Under the pieces are notes generated by a model that did not search any database, was not told the origin of the DNA, and saw only the letters and a program-made list of their open reading frames with translations. DNA of 64,000 bases from Octopus bimaculoides (taxonomy: Eukaryota): contig NC_068983.1 in the NCBI RefSeq assembly GCF_001194135.2, forward strand, positions 108,577,808 through 108,641,807, written 5' to 3'. Made by a program: the position numbers and the translations under genes. Below are positions 52,756 through 64,000 of the stretch, piece by piece. Positions within the stretch are counted from its first letter, which is position 1, and each line of letters begins with the position of its first letter.

Positions 52756-54479
52756 ATGTGTGTTTATCTATCTAACTATATATTATATATATTTTGCTAT
52801 CAGCATCAGTACTTCCCAATTAAAGAGTTGTCATCACAAGAGAAGAAAATTCTCTGTAAACAAATGTCCTAACTAACAGTATTTCTGAAAAAAACTTCAG
52901 TAATAACAATATAAAAATTGGCTTTAAATATTTAAAAAAAAAATACAAATTTTACATAGAATTTATTTCAGATGCTATGTATAAAAGTATATCATGTCAA
53001 TGAATAAGATTTTAATTGTTTGGAAATAATGTAAAAGCTTTGTACATAAATAGATATATAGATATAACTATGTTCTACTTATTTTCTTTTTAAATTCATT
53101 TTTGTGGCAATACATTTCTAATAAACTTTCTAAGGTAAAACATATAATATCAATATTTAACTGCAAATTTTCTAGGGCAGTAAACAGAAATTATTATTTT
53201 TATATCGTATCCTCATATTTTTACTATTTAATAATATTTAATGATAAAATAAGAATGAATAACTTGAATGAAAATATGTTGGGCTACAATATAAGAACCT
53301 TCTAAACATGTTAACCTTAAAATAAATATCTTCAGATATATTCAGAAATTCTAAATAAAGTGTTACATGTATTGTTCAACATAGTTGATCTATTTGTGTC
53401 ATATTAAATGAAAAGATATTGTAGAGTTACAAACAAAGAGTTATTCTCTGCCTTTTATATTTCCTGTTTCCATGCAACAGTTGTCAACGATAAAGATTGC
53501 AGACATCTTTTCTNNNNNNNNNNNNNNNNNNNNNNNNNNNNNNNNNNNNNNNNNNNNNNNNNNNNNNNNNNNNNNNNNNNNNNNNNNNNNNNNNNNNNNN
53601 NNNNNNNNNNNNNNNNNNNNNNNNNNNNNNNNNNNNNNNNNNNNNNNNNNNNNNNNNNNNNNNNNNNNNNNNNNNNNNNNNNNNNNNNNNNNNNNNNNNN
53701 NNNNNNNNNNNNNNNNNNNNNNNNNNNNNNNNNNNNNNNNNNNNNNNNNNNNNNNNNNNNNNNNNNNNNNNNNNNNNNNNNNNNNNNNNNNNNNNNNNNN
53801 NNNNNNNNNNNNNNNNNNNNNNNNNNNNNNNNNNNNNNNNNNNNNNNNNNNNNNNNNNNNNNNNNNNNNNNNNNNNNNNNNNNNNNNNNNNNNNNNNNNN
53901 NNNNNNNNNNNNNNNNNNNNNNNNNNNNNNNNNNNNNNNNNNNNNNNNNNNNNNNNNNNNNNNNTGTGTTTGTATATGTGTGTGTATAACATCTATATCA
54001 TGAATAACACTATAAATCAGAAGAATCAAAAGACATTTAAACATTAGAAAACCTCACTGGGGTTCTGATAAGAAAGTAAACACATAATTTCTATACTATT
54101 TATGTGTGGCAAAAAGTAAAAGAAAGTCTCCAAGTTGATCATTTCACAGTTTATTAATGACTCTTCATAAATGATTTCCTCAACTTCCTTCTTCGTTCAA
54201 TAGCACATGTCAGCTTCTATGTAAAGCAGTCACAAATTAGGTTAGCACATTAGGGGATAATCTAGTTAGTATGTATATGCTTCTGATAGCCTGTCATCAA
54301 TTAAAGAATGTCTATTTTATAACACATCATAAATCAGAAGATTTATATATATACACACATATATATATATGGCTCCATGGTTAAGAAGGTTGCTTTGCAG
54401 CCACATGGTTCCAGATTCAGTACCAATGTCTATAACATTGAGAAATAATTTTTTGACTTAGATCATATTTTTCCATGAC

Positions 54480-55975
54480 ATTTTTTATGCACAGGTTCAT
54501 TTCTCTATATTTTTACTTTTGGCTTGGTTCTTCTCCTGGTATAAACTTCTGGAATTTGGTATTGGCAAACCTTTCCTCACATTTAATCACATTAATAAGT
54601 TTCCAAATATTTGGATGACTAATATTCACTGTATTTTTCAGCACACTGTGGTAGGCTTCTAAACTATTTATAGTACAAGCAACTCCCATCATACATTGAT
54701 CCCAAACATTTTATATACGTAATGGAAATAGAAGCTCAAGGCATCACCTCTTCTGTCCTCTTCTTCTAGGTGGTCCCATATAATTATTTTCAAAATAGGA
54801 TACAATTCACTGTGGAATATCATCATCTACAAGTTGTTCATATCCATCATGAACCAGCAGGAAGGCAAATGCAACAAAACACTGCATTTTTAGACTAAAA
54901 CTGTGATATCTGCATTTTAGTCCTTCTTGTACAACATGCTTGTACACATTTTGTCCTAAATAAAACAAGTAGCATGCCAAATTCAATCCAGGAAATGATT
55001 ACAGAAATCTGTTATGGGCTGCTTTTTTGAAATTCATTATTATATTATCAGGTCTCTCATTTTGCAGTAATTCATTTATCTTTGCCAAAAGTCTACTATA
55101 TGTCTCTTGACTTTTGTCAGAGAGTAATGTGAACAATTGTGGGGCATAAAAATAATCAATTTGAATGCGAAGTATATATAACTGAAAAAATATACTAGAG
55201 CAGCACTTAAATATTACCCAGTTCTTGTGGTGTTGTAACTGTCAAAGTGCTTCGTCAATTTCACATATTAGTATTCTTTTTGAATCTTCCATCCTGCTGT
55301 CATACTGTAAAGGCATTTCACCATTGTCAAGGAAGGAGTATTCACTTGGAATGGAAAACCCAACATTTGTAAGTGGGGTGGCAGGATAGTTAAAATCAGC
55401 TTGCCTTCAACATCTAATATTCCTATTAAGCTGTGCAAATGGAGGTAGCTGGAACAATGTACAGTCGTTTAAGTTCTGAACTTTACTAGTGATAATTGAG
55501 TGAAGGGCATCACGAGATGAAATATTCTTTACTTTAATATTTGAAACTATTCACGTAGGGTGAAATGCCTACTGGTATTTCATCTGTCTTTACGTTCTGA
55601 GTCCAATTTCCGCTGAAATCAACTTTTCCTTTTGGGGTTGATAAATTAAGTACCAGTTGCATACTGGGAACGATCTAATCGACTGGCCCCCTCCCCCAAA
55701 ATTTCGGGTCTTGTGCTTTGAGTAGAAAAGAATATTTGAAACTATTATCCTTGCATTTATCTCTGCAGCAGTTGAAACATGATTATGGATCCCAATCTTC
55801 TTGCGATCTTTATTATTTTTTCCTGTATCAAGTCTCACCTTGCACACATGATTTTCATACCTCTAGTATAACTTCAGTCCATCTGCACTCTGCTTTATTT
55901 TTTGTGTATATATATAATTTTCTTGATTGAACACTTTTGATTTTTCTTTCACTTGCAGGTAGTCATTTAATTCAA
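54480..55975 (-). pseudogene. FLYWCH-MULE (Mutator-like) transposase pseudogene
   Basis: Minus strand: NYIYTQKIKQSADGLKLY*RYENHVCKVRLDT...GIHNH (FLYWCH-like), then FSIPSEY...YDSRMEDSKRILI...FFQLYIL...LLSDKSQETYSRLL...IIMNFKKAAHN...ACYLFYLGQN...YFENNYMG...FP...TINSLEAYH...HPNIWKLI, the canonical MULE core order. Confidence 0.9.
55552..55730 (+). mobile_element. SINE family B (5'-truncated) inserted in the MULE ORF
   Basis: Perfect 16-bp TSD AATATTTGAAACTATT at 55536-55551 and 55731-55746. Confidence 0.92.
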
Positions 55976-56173
55976 ATTGCTTGAAAATCTTTGTAAATTG
56001 TTCAGTGCAGAAGAGAGAGAGAGAGAGANNNNNNNNNNNNNNNNNNNNNNNNNNNNNNNNNNNNNNNNNNNNNNNNNNNNNNNNNNNNNNNNNNNNNNNN
56101 NNNNNNNNNNNNNNNNNNNNNNNNNNNNNNNNNNNNNNNNNNNNNNNNNNNNNNNNNNNNNNNNNNNNNNNGG

Positions 56174-56229
<56 letters not shown>

Positions 56230-56342
56230 TGGGGGTGGTGAAAGAAAAGAAATAAAATTATCTAAAACTGTCCAATGTGAATTTTAATTCTAAAATGATT
56301 GTTCTAAACTTTCTCTCGAAAATCATATTTAAGAGTATTTTG

Positions 56343-56453
56343 GGATGAATTGGCCAGTGATGAATTGACCTGGAGATGAATTGATTAATGACAAATTAAT
56401 CGGGGATAAATTAACTGATGATGAAATAACTGAGTATGAATTGTCCTAGCACC
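56343..56453. repeat. Degenerate 15-bp tandem array (GATGAATTG-N6) x7, likely the subterminal array of the MULE element
   Basis: Units gatgaattggccagt/gatgaattgacctgga/gatgaattgattaat/gacaaattaatcggg/gataaattaactgat/gatgaaataactgag/tatgaattgtcctag; lies about 370 bp upstream of the minus-strand transposase. Confidence 0.75.
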
Positions 56454-56827
56454 CTGAAGGGATTTGTGATTTGTCTGCTTTCCTATTTACTAACACTTTG
56501 GTTTTTGCTAGATTAACTCTAAGGCCCTTTGATTCTAGACCGCACTTCCACATCCAAAATTTCTCCTCTAGATCAGGTAGTGACTTGGCTATAAGCTATA
56601 ACCTTTTTGGGAATATAGTATCAGTTGTGTCACAAATCTGAACTGCATCTCAGCTGCATTATCTCTCTCCCTAATTAATTGAGTTATGACTCTTAATTTG
56701 ACTTTCATCACCTGTTCCAGCAATTTGATGCGTCTGTAATTATTTCTGCCCAAAGCATGTATATATATATATATATATACATTATGTTAAATAAAATAAC
56801 AAGGCCAAGCAATATGGTATTATATAC

Positions 56828-56865
<38 letters not shown>

Positions 56866-57058
56866 GCACACACACACACACGTGTGTGTGTGTGCATGTG
56901 TGTATGTTTGTGTCACCTTGTCTTGACATTGCATGTAGTTGTAAACGAGGGACAATGTCACATAAGCAGTATCATGCATTTCCAAACAGACACAAAGACA
57001 CACATACACACACACACATACATACACACAAACATGCATATCTATGTATATACATGAA

Positions 57059-57210
57059 GCTCCTTTTAGTTTACATCTACCAAATCAACTTTCAAGGCTT
57101 TGGTCAGCTCAAGGCTATAGTAGAAGGCACTCATTCTAGCTGCCACACAGTGGGACTGAACCTTGAATCATGTGGTTGGAAAGCATATTTCTTACCTCAC
57201 AACCATGCCT
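57059..57210 (-). mobile_element. SINE family A
   Basis: Reverse-complement match to 17447-17600. Confidence 0.85.
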
Positions 57211-57239
57211 ACACACATAGACACACACACACACCACAT

Positions 57240-57287
<48 letters not shown>

Positions 57288-57370
57288 GCACAACAGAGGG
57301 AGAGAGAGAGATGTTAGAGTGACGATATCTGATATGATATTGTAAGTTTCAGTCCCTATCATACTAAATG

Positions 57371-57568
57371 TTACTCTTTTACTCTTTTATTTGTTTCAGT
57401 CATTTGACTGCGACCATGTTGGGACACTGCCTTTAGTCAAACAAATCGACTCCAGGACTCATTCTTTGTAAGCCTAGTAATTATTTTATCGGTCTGTTTT
57501 GCCGAAACTTCTAAGTTATTGGGGACATAAATGCACTAGCATTGGTTGTCAAGCAATGGTGGGGGTGG
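57371..57568 (-). mobile_element. SINE family C
   Basis: Reverse-complement match to 48765-48927. Confidence 0.85.
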
Positions 57569-57628
57569 AGTGGGGACAAATACAGACATGCAAACATACA
57601 CACACACATATATACATATATATACGTT

Positions 57629-57785
57629 AGGCTTCCTTCAGTTTCTGTCTACCAAATCTACTCACAAGCTTTTGGTCGGCCTGTAGCTATAGTAGAAGAC
57701 ACTTGCCCAACATGCCACACAGTGGGACTGAACCTGGAACCATGTTGTTGGTAAGCAAGCTGCTTACCACACAGCCACTCCTGCA
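57629..57785 (-). mobile_element. SINE family A
   Basis: Reverse-complement match to 48611-48735. Confidence 0.88.
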
Positions 57786-59119
57786 CCAATGTTAGTTAAT
57801 TTCTATTAAAAATATCGTTTTCTTGTAGACAATACGATGATTTATGTAAATAAATTTTATGTATTAATACTAATTTACTTTTATTTAGTATAATTGATTA
57901 AACTGACAATTACCAAAATTAATACACTGAATTTATACAAATCATATTCAGAAGATTCCATATTTTGAAATATATGGAGATTAAAATAGCACTGAAATCA
58001 TTCCTGTTGATACTGAGAGTAGGCATAACAATCTATCAATGCTTAACTGAAAGATTATCTTTCACTTTGCCCATTTTCATTGGCTTCTTAGACTCAAGCG
58101 TAATGTCTAACTGTACAGTTTTGATTATAGCTATTTTTGTAAGTTAGCCATAAAAATGCCTTTTATCAATGACTTAAAACCAAAATATCACCAGATGATG
58201 ACTGCAAAATATTATTGCTGCCAACAATTTATTTTGTGAATAGCACCAGGTGTTAATTAATAGTGTTCATCACAGAAACATTTTGATAAAAAAGATTAAT
58301 CAAATAATAAACCAATTATTCTTTAAGCTATTTTTTTGTTTTAGAATATTGAATAATATTTGTGCTTAAATGTGTGACAAGACATATAGTCTGGGTCACA
58401 TTGTTTTTTTAAAATGCTTTCAGTTACATATGAAATAATAGCTGTCGTTGTAAAGAAATTCATGATTTGTTGGGTAACTTAGCCAGGAGAATTAATATTA
58501 TTACTGTAGTGCTCGCTACAATTAAGGGTAAATCTTGAGATAATTCTTCATTTCATATACATTATTTCACATTAAATTACATATAGTTCTTTCACACAAT
58601 TATTAGTATTTGTGAGAAGTATGATACAACATGTGGAAAATGAGTTGAAAGGACAGGAAACTGAAGAAATAGTAAACTGAGTATAATACCTGAATAATAA
58701 TGAAAGACATTGCAAACATGTTGATTGCAAATGATTTAATGTATGTATTGTGTGTAGTGTTCAGTACTGAATGAAATGGGTAGACTCTGCTTGTGTTGAT
58801 ATTTGATGCAAATAGATTACGTTTTGAGTGATTGTCTTTAATCTGTTTGTGAATGTTAAAACAAAGTACCACTCCAGGGTGGTGAACCAGTGAAATTGTT
58901 AGAGCATCAGACAAGGTGATTTGTTTGTTTTGGCTATTTGTATTCTGAGTTCTTATGTGATAGACTCAATCTACTGCCCCAAAAATCTCTCAAATGTCAT
59001 CATTTCTAAAAATAAACTTGGCATCATTTCTAAAAATAGCCAAACACCTACTGCTGCTGTCCAAAGGAATAGGTATAAAAGACAAAAGAACAGCCAGTCT
59101 GTTACAGTACATCTGTCAG

Positions 59120-59165
59120 AGGGGCCTTGATGAATGCCATGAGGCATGAAAGTATACTAGCCTTT
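59120..59165 (+). ncRNA. Minimal type I hammerhead ribozyme motif, degenerate (1-nt core insertion)
   Basis: AGGGGC-CTTGATGA-ATGCC(ATGA)GGCAT-GAAA-GTATAC-TA-GCCTTT: stem I 6 bp (2 GU), perfect 5-bp stem II, palindromic stem III AGTATACT, CUA cleavage triplet. Confidence 0.7.
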
Positions 59166-59918
59166 ATATAGTTAATACTCTATATTTAATACTCAATATT
59201 TCATATATTCAATAAGACATTCAATACTTCATTTCATTTCACTATATATATTATATATTCCATATTCTATATCCCACATTAATTTTATAAGAATATAAAT
59301 AANNNNNNNNNNATATATATATATATATATATATACATATTTTTCTTTTACAAGAATAGCATTGACAGTAACTTCAAAGATTTTTCTCAGCTAACTCAAC
59401 AGCAGAAGTCCAATGGTGGATTAGCTGACTGAAACTTTGAAATCCCTGTCAAAACTATTCTTGCTAAAAAATATAAATTTGCACTCTACAAAATGTTTTG
59501 ATTAATCCTTTAATTTAATGTAAAATTGTTTTCAATATATCATAAAAACAAATATTAATACATATATACATACATGTGTGTATGTATGTATGTACACATA
59601 TAATTATATATGTATGTATGTACGCATATGGTGGTTGTCTACTCCTTACACAGAGTCTGACCACCTCCTGTACCTACACCTTAGCCCCTTCATGGCGTCT
59701 GATGTGGCTTTTTAAACCAGACAATGTTTTGAAAAAACACCCTCACAGATTGCACCTCTGATTTGTACTACCAATACCTGCAGGTAAGTTCTGCTCATTG
59801 TGGATCCTAACATGTCTTTTAAGACCCCCATTGGATTTGCAATATAATTATATGTATAATTTGTATAAAATTATATGTACGCATATAATTATATACAAAC
59901 ACCCATATATCTACAATT

Positions 59919-60066
59919 GACCTGTTGCAGTTTCTGTCTATCAAATCCACTCTCAAGATTTTGGTTGGCTGAAGGCTATAGTAGAAGACACTTGCTCAAG
60001 ATGCTATGCAGTGGGACTGAGCTGAAATCATGTGGTCAGGAAGCAAACATCTCAACCACCCAGCTA
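59919..60066 (-). mobile_element. SINE family A
   Basis: Reverse-complement match (GTAGAAGACACTTGCTCAAG...GTGGGACTGA). Confidence 0.82.
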
Positions 60067-60929
60067 AGCTTGTGACTATATCAACAAAATTATTCCAATT
60101 TTCTTTTGAATATTTAAATAATCTTCAGTTAACATCAATGAAAATATGAATTGATATGGCATTTTTTAAAATTTTAGCACTGTCATCTATTTCATTTGGT
60201 AAATGGATAGAAAATATTTTGAGAGAAAATGAAGCAATTATATGAAAAAAGTTTTCTTTTAAACATAAAATTTGATTAGCTAAAAAGTAGGTTATAGCTT
60301 AATATTCAAGCACATGTTTAGTAGGAGGAGTTAGCAACCAATGATTTTTGTCAATCATTCTTGGATATATATAATTTTTAAATTATTAACTAAATTCTAT
60401 GTCTTTAAAAGACGACCACTTCACTTTTTGAGAAGGTAATTTAAATTTTTTTTTTCTGGTGAAGCACATGTTTATTTAGAAAAGTCTCTAGAATCTTTTT
60501 CCTGTATACATGTACATTTTTGTTTTTTTTCTTTTTTGTTTTGTATGAAGAACCTGCCTGAAAAATAACACCTTATTTCACTCCAATGATACAATATATA
60601 CATTTGTTCTTATCTCTTCAAGTGAGTGTCCTTATCTATATAATTCTTATAATCCTATTATGGTTACTAATATATTTTCTCCAAAGTTGCCTTGAAAAAT
60701 AAAATCAGGTTTTAAACAATTAAGCTATTTAATATAAATCAAGTAGATGTTGATATACAGAATGATGAATGAGAAAGTTTTTAATCAGCTGAAATTTTCC
60801 TTGTGGTTAAAGAAAGAACACAAAGAATCCTTAATGACTCATAAAGGGGAAAGGAAATATTACCAAACATTTACAATAAATTTAAAGCTAATCATCATCA
60901 CAATAAGTTTCCCTGTTGGTATAAATTAG

Positions 60930-61110
60930 ATGGGATGTTATGATCTCATCTACCTTCCATTGAGAGATACAGCTACCAAAGACAGGATACTTGTGTGTGC
61001 CATTTGGCTAAATTTCTACAGCTGGATGCTCTCCCTAATGTCAATTACTTTACAGAAAGTATTGGGTGCATTTTCTTATGGCACCAACGCTGGGGAGGTT
61101 GAACAGTCCT
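60930..61110 (-). mobile_element. Old RTE-tail-related fragment
   Basis: TTTCTACAGCTGGATGCTCTCCCTAATGTCAA...GGGTGCATTTT...ATGGCACCA matches the RTE tail block. Confidence 0.65.
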
Positions 61111-61557
61111 TGGAGTAACAGGACCAAATGGACCACATAACCTTACACTTTCTATGCTCATTGAAACAATCACTTTACAATGTGAACAGTGGATGGGATG
61201 GGTATTAATTTTTAATATTATGGTGATACAAAATTTTGTAAGACAAATTAAAACAATCCATTTTTAAAATTTATTTTCTGAATGATTTGATCTAAGAAGA
61301 CATATTGAAAATAAAACAGAAACTGTTTAGTGTGATATGGGAATATGAACAAAGGAAAAATCACTTTCATTATATAAAAGTAATCAATAAAATATAGACA
61401 AGAAAGTAACTATGCAGAAGAAAAATCTTTAGATAAGGACAAACCAACCAAAGAATTTATAAACTCATATATACACTTACACACACATTCATACATGTAC
61501 TCATAGACACTGCAGAAAAAAATTAAAGAAAGACAAAAACAAAAAATTGTATGTTGG

Positions 61558-61589
<32 letters not shown>

Positions 61590-61989
61590 TAAATTTGTGT
61601 GTGTGTTTGTTTGTATGTGCACATGTGTAAACATACATACATGCATACACATATTAACATACATCCATAGAATCACAATGAAATTCTAATATATACCAAA
61701 GAAAAAGTGCAGTAAAAGAAAAACTACTACATAGTTAATATCCTGCATGATTTGAAAGAGGAAATAATTTAGACAGAACGCCTATAATGGTTTAAATGTA
61801 GAAGTGAGAGATCTGAAACTGGTTGCTGTGGATCTGTTATCTACTCACCAAAAGCTCAAATAACAATATACAATTGAATATATGATATCTAGTGACTCAG
61901 TCCTCACAAAATCAAAATATATTCATAGCTATCAAGTTGTCAGCAATGACCATTAGGCTATATGCTGACATAGCATCATAAAAGCTTTT

Positions 61990-62200
61990 AAGGTGATAAG
62001 CTGATAGAATTGTTACCATGTTGGACAAATGCTTAGTGGTATTTCATCCATGTTTATGTTCTGAGATTCAAATGCCGCCAGGGCCAACTTTTCCTCTCAT
62101 TCTTTCGGAGTCAATAAAATAAGTACTAGTTGATCATTAGGGTTGATGTAATCGACCTAACCCTCAACTTGCTGGCCTTGTGCTAAAATTTGGAACCAAT
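61990..62200 (+). mobile_element. SINE family B
   Basis: AAGGTGATAAGCTGATAGAATTGTTA head...TTCTGAGATTCAAATGCCGCC...GATGTAATCGAC...GAAACC tail. Confidence 0.85.
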
Positions 62201-62519
62201 ATGAAACCTTTGAGGTAGATTGACATGTTTCAAACATATTACATGATAGTGATCTAGTTACAACAATCTGGAACATGATGGTCTAAACTAATAAAGAGAT
62301 AAGGAAAATGTCTAAATATAATTATTGAAGCCAAGCATGAATATCTAAGTACTTTGAATAAAATATTGTCAAGAAGGAAATTGAGAAACTATCAAAAGGG
62401 ATTGAAATGGAAATAAGTAGGACAAGGAATAAGAAATTTAAAAAACAGTACCAATAACAGTTAGTAATCTATGTACGTTAAAGAACAAAATGAAAAAAAT
62501 ACATATCAGGACTTATAAC

Positions 62520-63106
62520 TTAGAAAATTACTAGTTGTAAATCTCACAACGAGAGATATTCAGCAACAGTACTTTGGAGTAAAGATTGTTTGCCAACATA
62601 ACATGGCAGTCCTGGTTTATGACGAATGTTGCTGTAATTTAGCCCCAGGAAACATCGTTTTCAGCTGGCTATATGACACGATCTGAGTCCTTATATTTTT
62701 GAACAAGGAAATTTAGTACCCCACTGTCAGCTCAAAACAATATCTGTGTATCGCGATTTCTGGGTTATTTCCCTTCATCAGCACAGAATAATTGTTCAGC
62801 TAGAGGTGGCACTGCCAAATTCCCGTTCGAAATATATAGTTTTTCAATGTGACAACTAGTCACTTATCTATAAATTAGAAAATTACTATTTGTAAATCTC
62901 ACAACCAGAGATATTCAGCAACAGTACTTTGGAGTAAAGATTGTTTGCCAACATAACATGGCAGTCCTAGATTCCCTTGTTCAAAAATATAAGGACACAG
63001 ATCGTGTCATATAGCCAGCTGGAGACGATGTCTCCTGGGGCTAAATTACAGCAACATTCGTCCTAAACCAGGACTGCCACTTTATGTTGGCAAACAATCT
63101 TTACTC
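62520..63106 (-). mobile_element. Non-autonomous Penelope-like (PLE)/retrozyme-like insertion: partial tandem pLTR plus inverted 5' segment
   Basis: 13-bp TSD CAGGACTTATAAC (62507-62519, 63107-63119); 94-bp direct repeat 62520-62613 = 62875-62968 (period 355); 62971-63108 is the inverted copy of 62575-62712; internal hammerhead. Confidence 0.85.
62743..62787 (-). ncRNA. Minimal type I hammerhead ribozyme
   Basis: Minus strand TCTGTG-CTGATGA-A-GGG(AAATAA)CCC-A-GAAA-TCGCGA-TA-CACAGA: intact CUGAUGA/GAAA core, 6-bp stem I, palindromic stem III ATCGCGAT, AUA triplet. Predicted cleavage between 62749 and 62748. Confidence 0.85.
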
Positions 63107-64000
63107 CAGGACTTATAACGTTACAAACGGTTTTAAAAATATGTCTCTCCTGACTTAAGGAACTTTTATTTCAACAGTATTATTTACACAACACATACTC
63201 CATATAATCATCAGTAAATGTAATAATGTGACTCAAAAAGTGCAATCTATCATCTGATAGAATAGCACAACCACACAGTACATAGTCTCACATCCACCCC
63301 TACAACAAAATAACATAGCAAACACCCTTATATAATCATTTGTGAATGTTATAATACATCCCTCATATCAACAATTCACATACGACACATTCTACATGAT
63401 GCTTAGTTGAAATACTAAATACCAACACAAGACACAACAAAACAATCTCTGGAATAAAGCAAAACATGATTCATGTAAACTCTTTTATAAAAGTGGCATT
63501 TTGGTAATCTAATTGATAAATTAGCTTAGATATATGCAGTGGCAAAGAGACTCAAAAGTAGTGTTGCTGAATAATTTAATAAAATAAGGAAGACTAGATA
63601 ATAAGAGGGTTTTAAATAATTTTTCATGCATCATGTGTTTGATGAATATGAAGTGAGATAATCAGCTGACTTTATTGAAAAGACTTTGTCTTGTGTTCTT
63701 GTGTTCTAGCTAATTTTCTGTAATTAGATGGGGACAACTATGAAGAATTTAGAGTAGCCATTGCTTTGCTCATGAGGTCTAATATGACAACACCATGCAT
63801 ATAGTTGTTATTTAGGCACTAACTTCCTTGAATGTGAAAACTCATTTTCTGTCAGATTTTTAACTACATGAAATATCTGTTTCCTTTGAGAATAACTAAA
63901 AATTGCTATTCAGATTTTGTTTTCCTTCTCCAACAAATAGGCAAATCTAATTTATCATTTTGTTTTTTTTTGTGAATGCAATCACTATCATATTGAATTA

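Noticed and set aside
58998-59038. 17-bp direct repeat CATCATTTCTAAAAATA as a TSD
   Set aside because: Only about 9 bp separate the copies; a local tandem duplication, not an insertion.
7010-61676. Many ORF-track entries rich in YI/CV/HT/RE repeats or X runs (e.g. 7347-7705, 17547-17920, 28112-28685, 43340-43706, 53408-54047, 56757-57345)
   Set aside because: They are translations of microsatellites and N-gaps, not genes.

Overview
Eukaryotic, very AT-rich non-coding DNA, intronic or intergenic. It is dense in (TA)n/(CA)n/(GA)n and triplet microsatellites, with N-gaps sitting on them. The SINE families and (GAT)n-tailed RTE LINEs point to an Octopus-type cephalopod genome (inference). I cannot support any intact protein-coding gene, tRNA, rRNA or CRISPR array; most ORF-track entries are microsatellite or antisense artefacts. 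The window is a layered transposon fossil record: many tRNA-derived SINEs, several RTE LINE pieces (largest 50.4-52.6 kb, YADD motif), a mariner nested in an old RTE, a FLYWCH-MULE transposase pseudogene split by a SINE with a 16-bp TSD, an R4/Dong-like REL fragment, hAT, Tigger and pogo elements, a 180-bp foldback and a decayed U6 snRNA copy. The standout is a TSD-flanked Penelope-like/retrozyme-like insertion at 62520-63106. It has a 355-bp tandem unit, a 138-bp inverted segment and a minimal hammerhead ribozyme with a palindromic stem III. A second, sequence-unrelated minimal hammerhead lies at 59120-59165, and there are two half-hammerhead relics. A few + strand candidate exons are listed at low confidence. 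All calls come from manual reading and translation; no searches were run, and boundaries of decayed elements are approximate.
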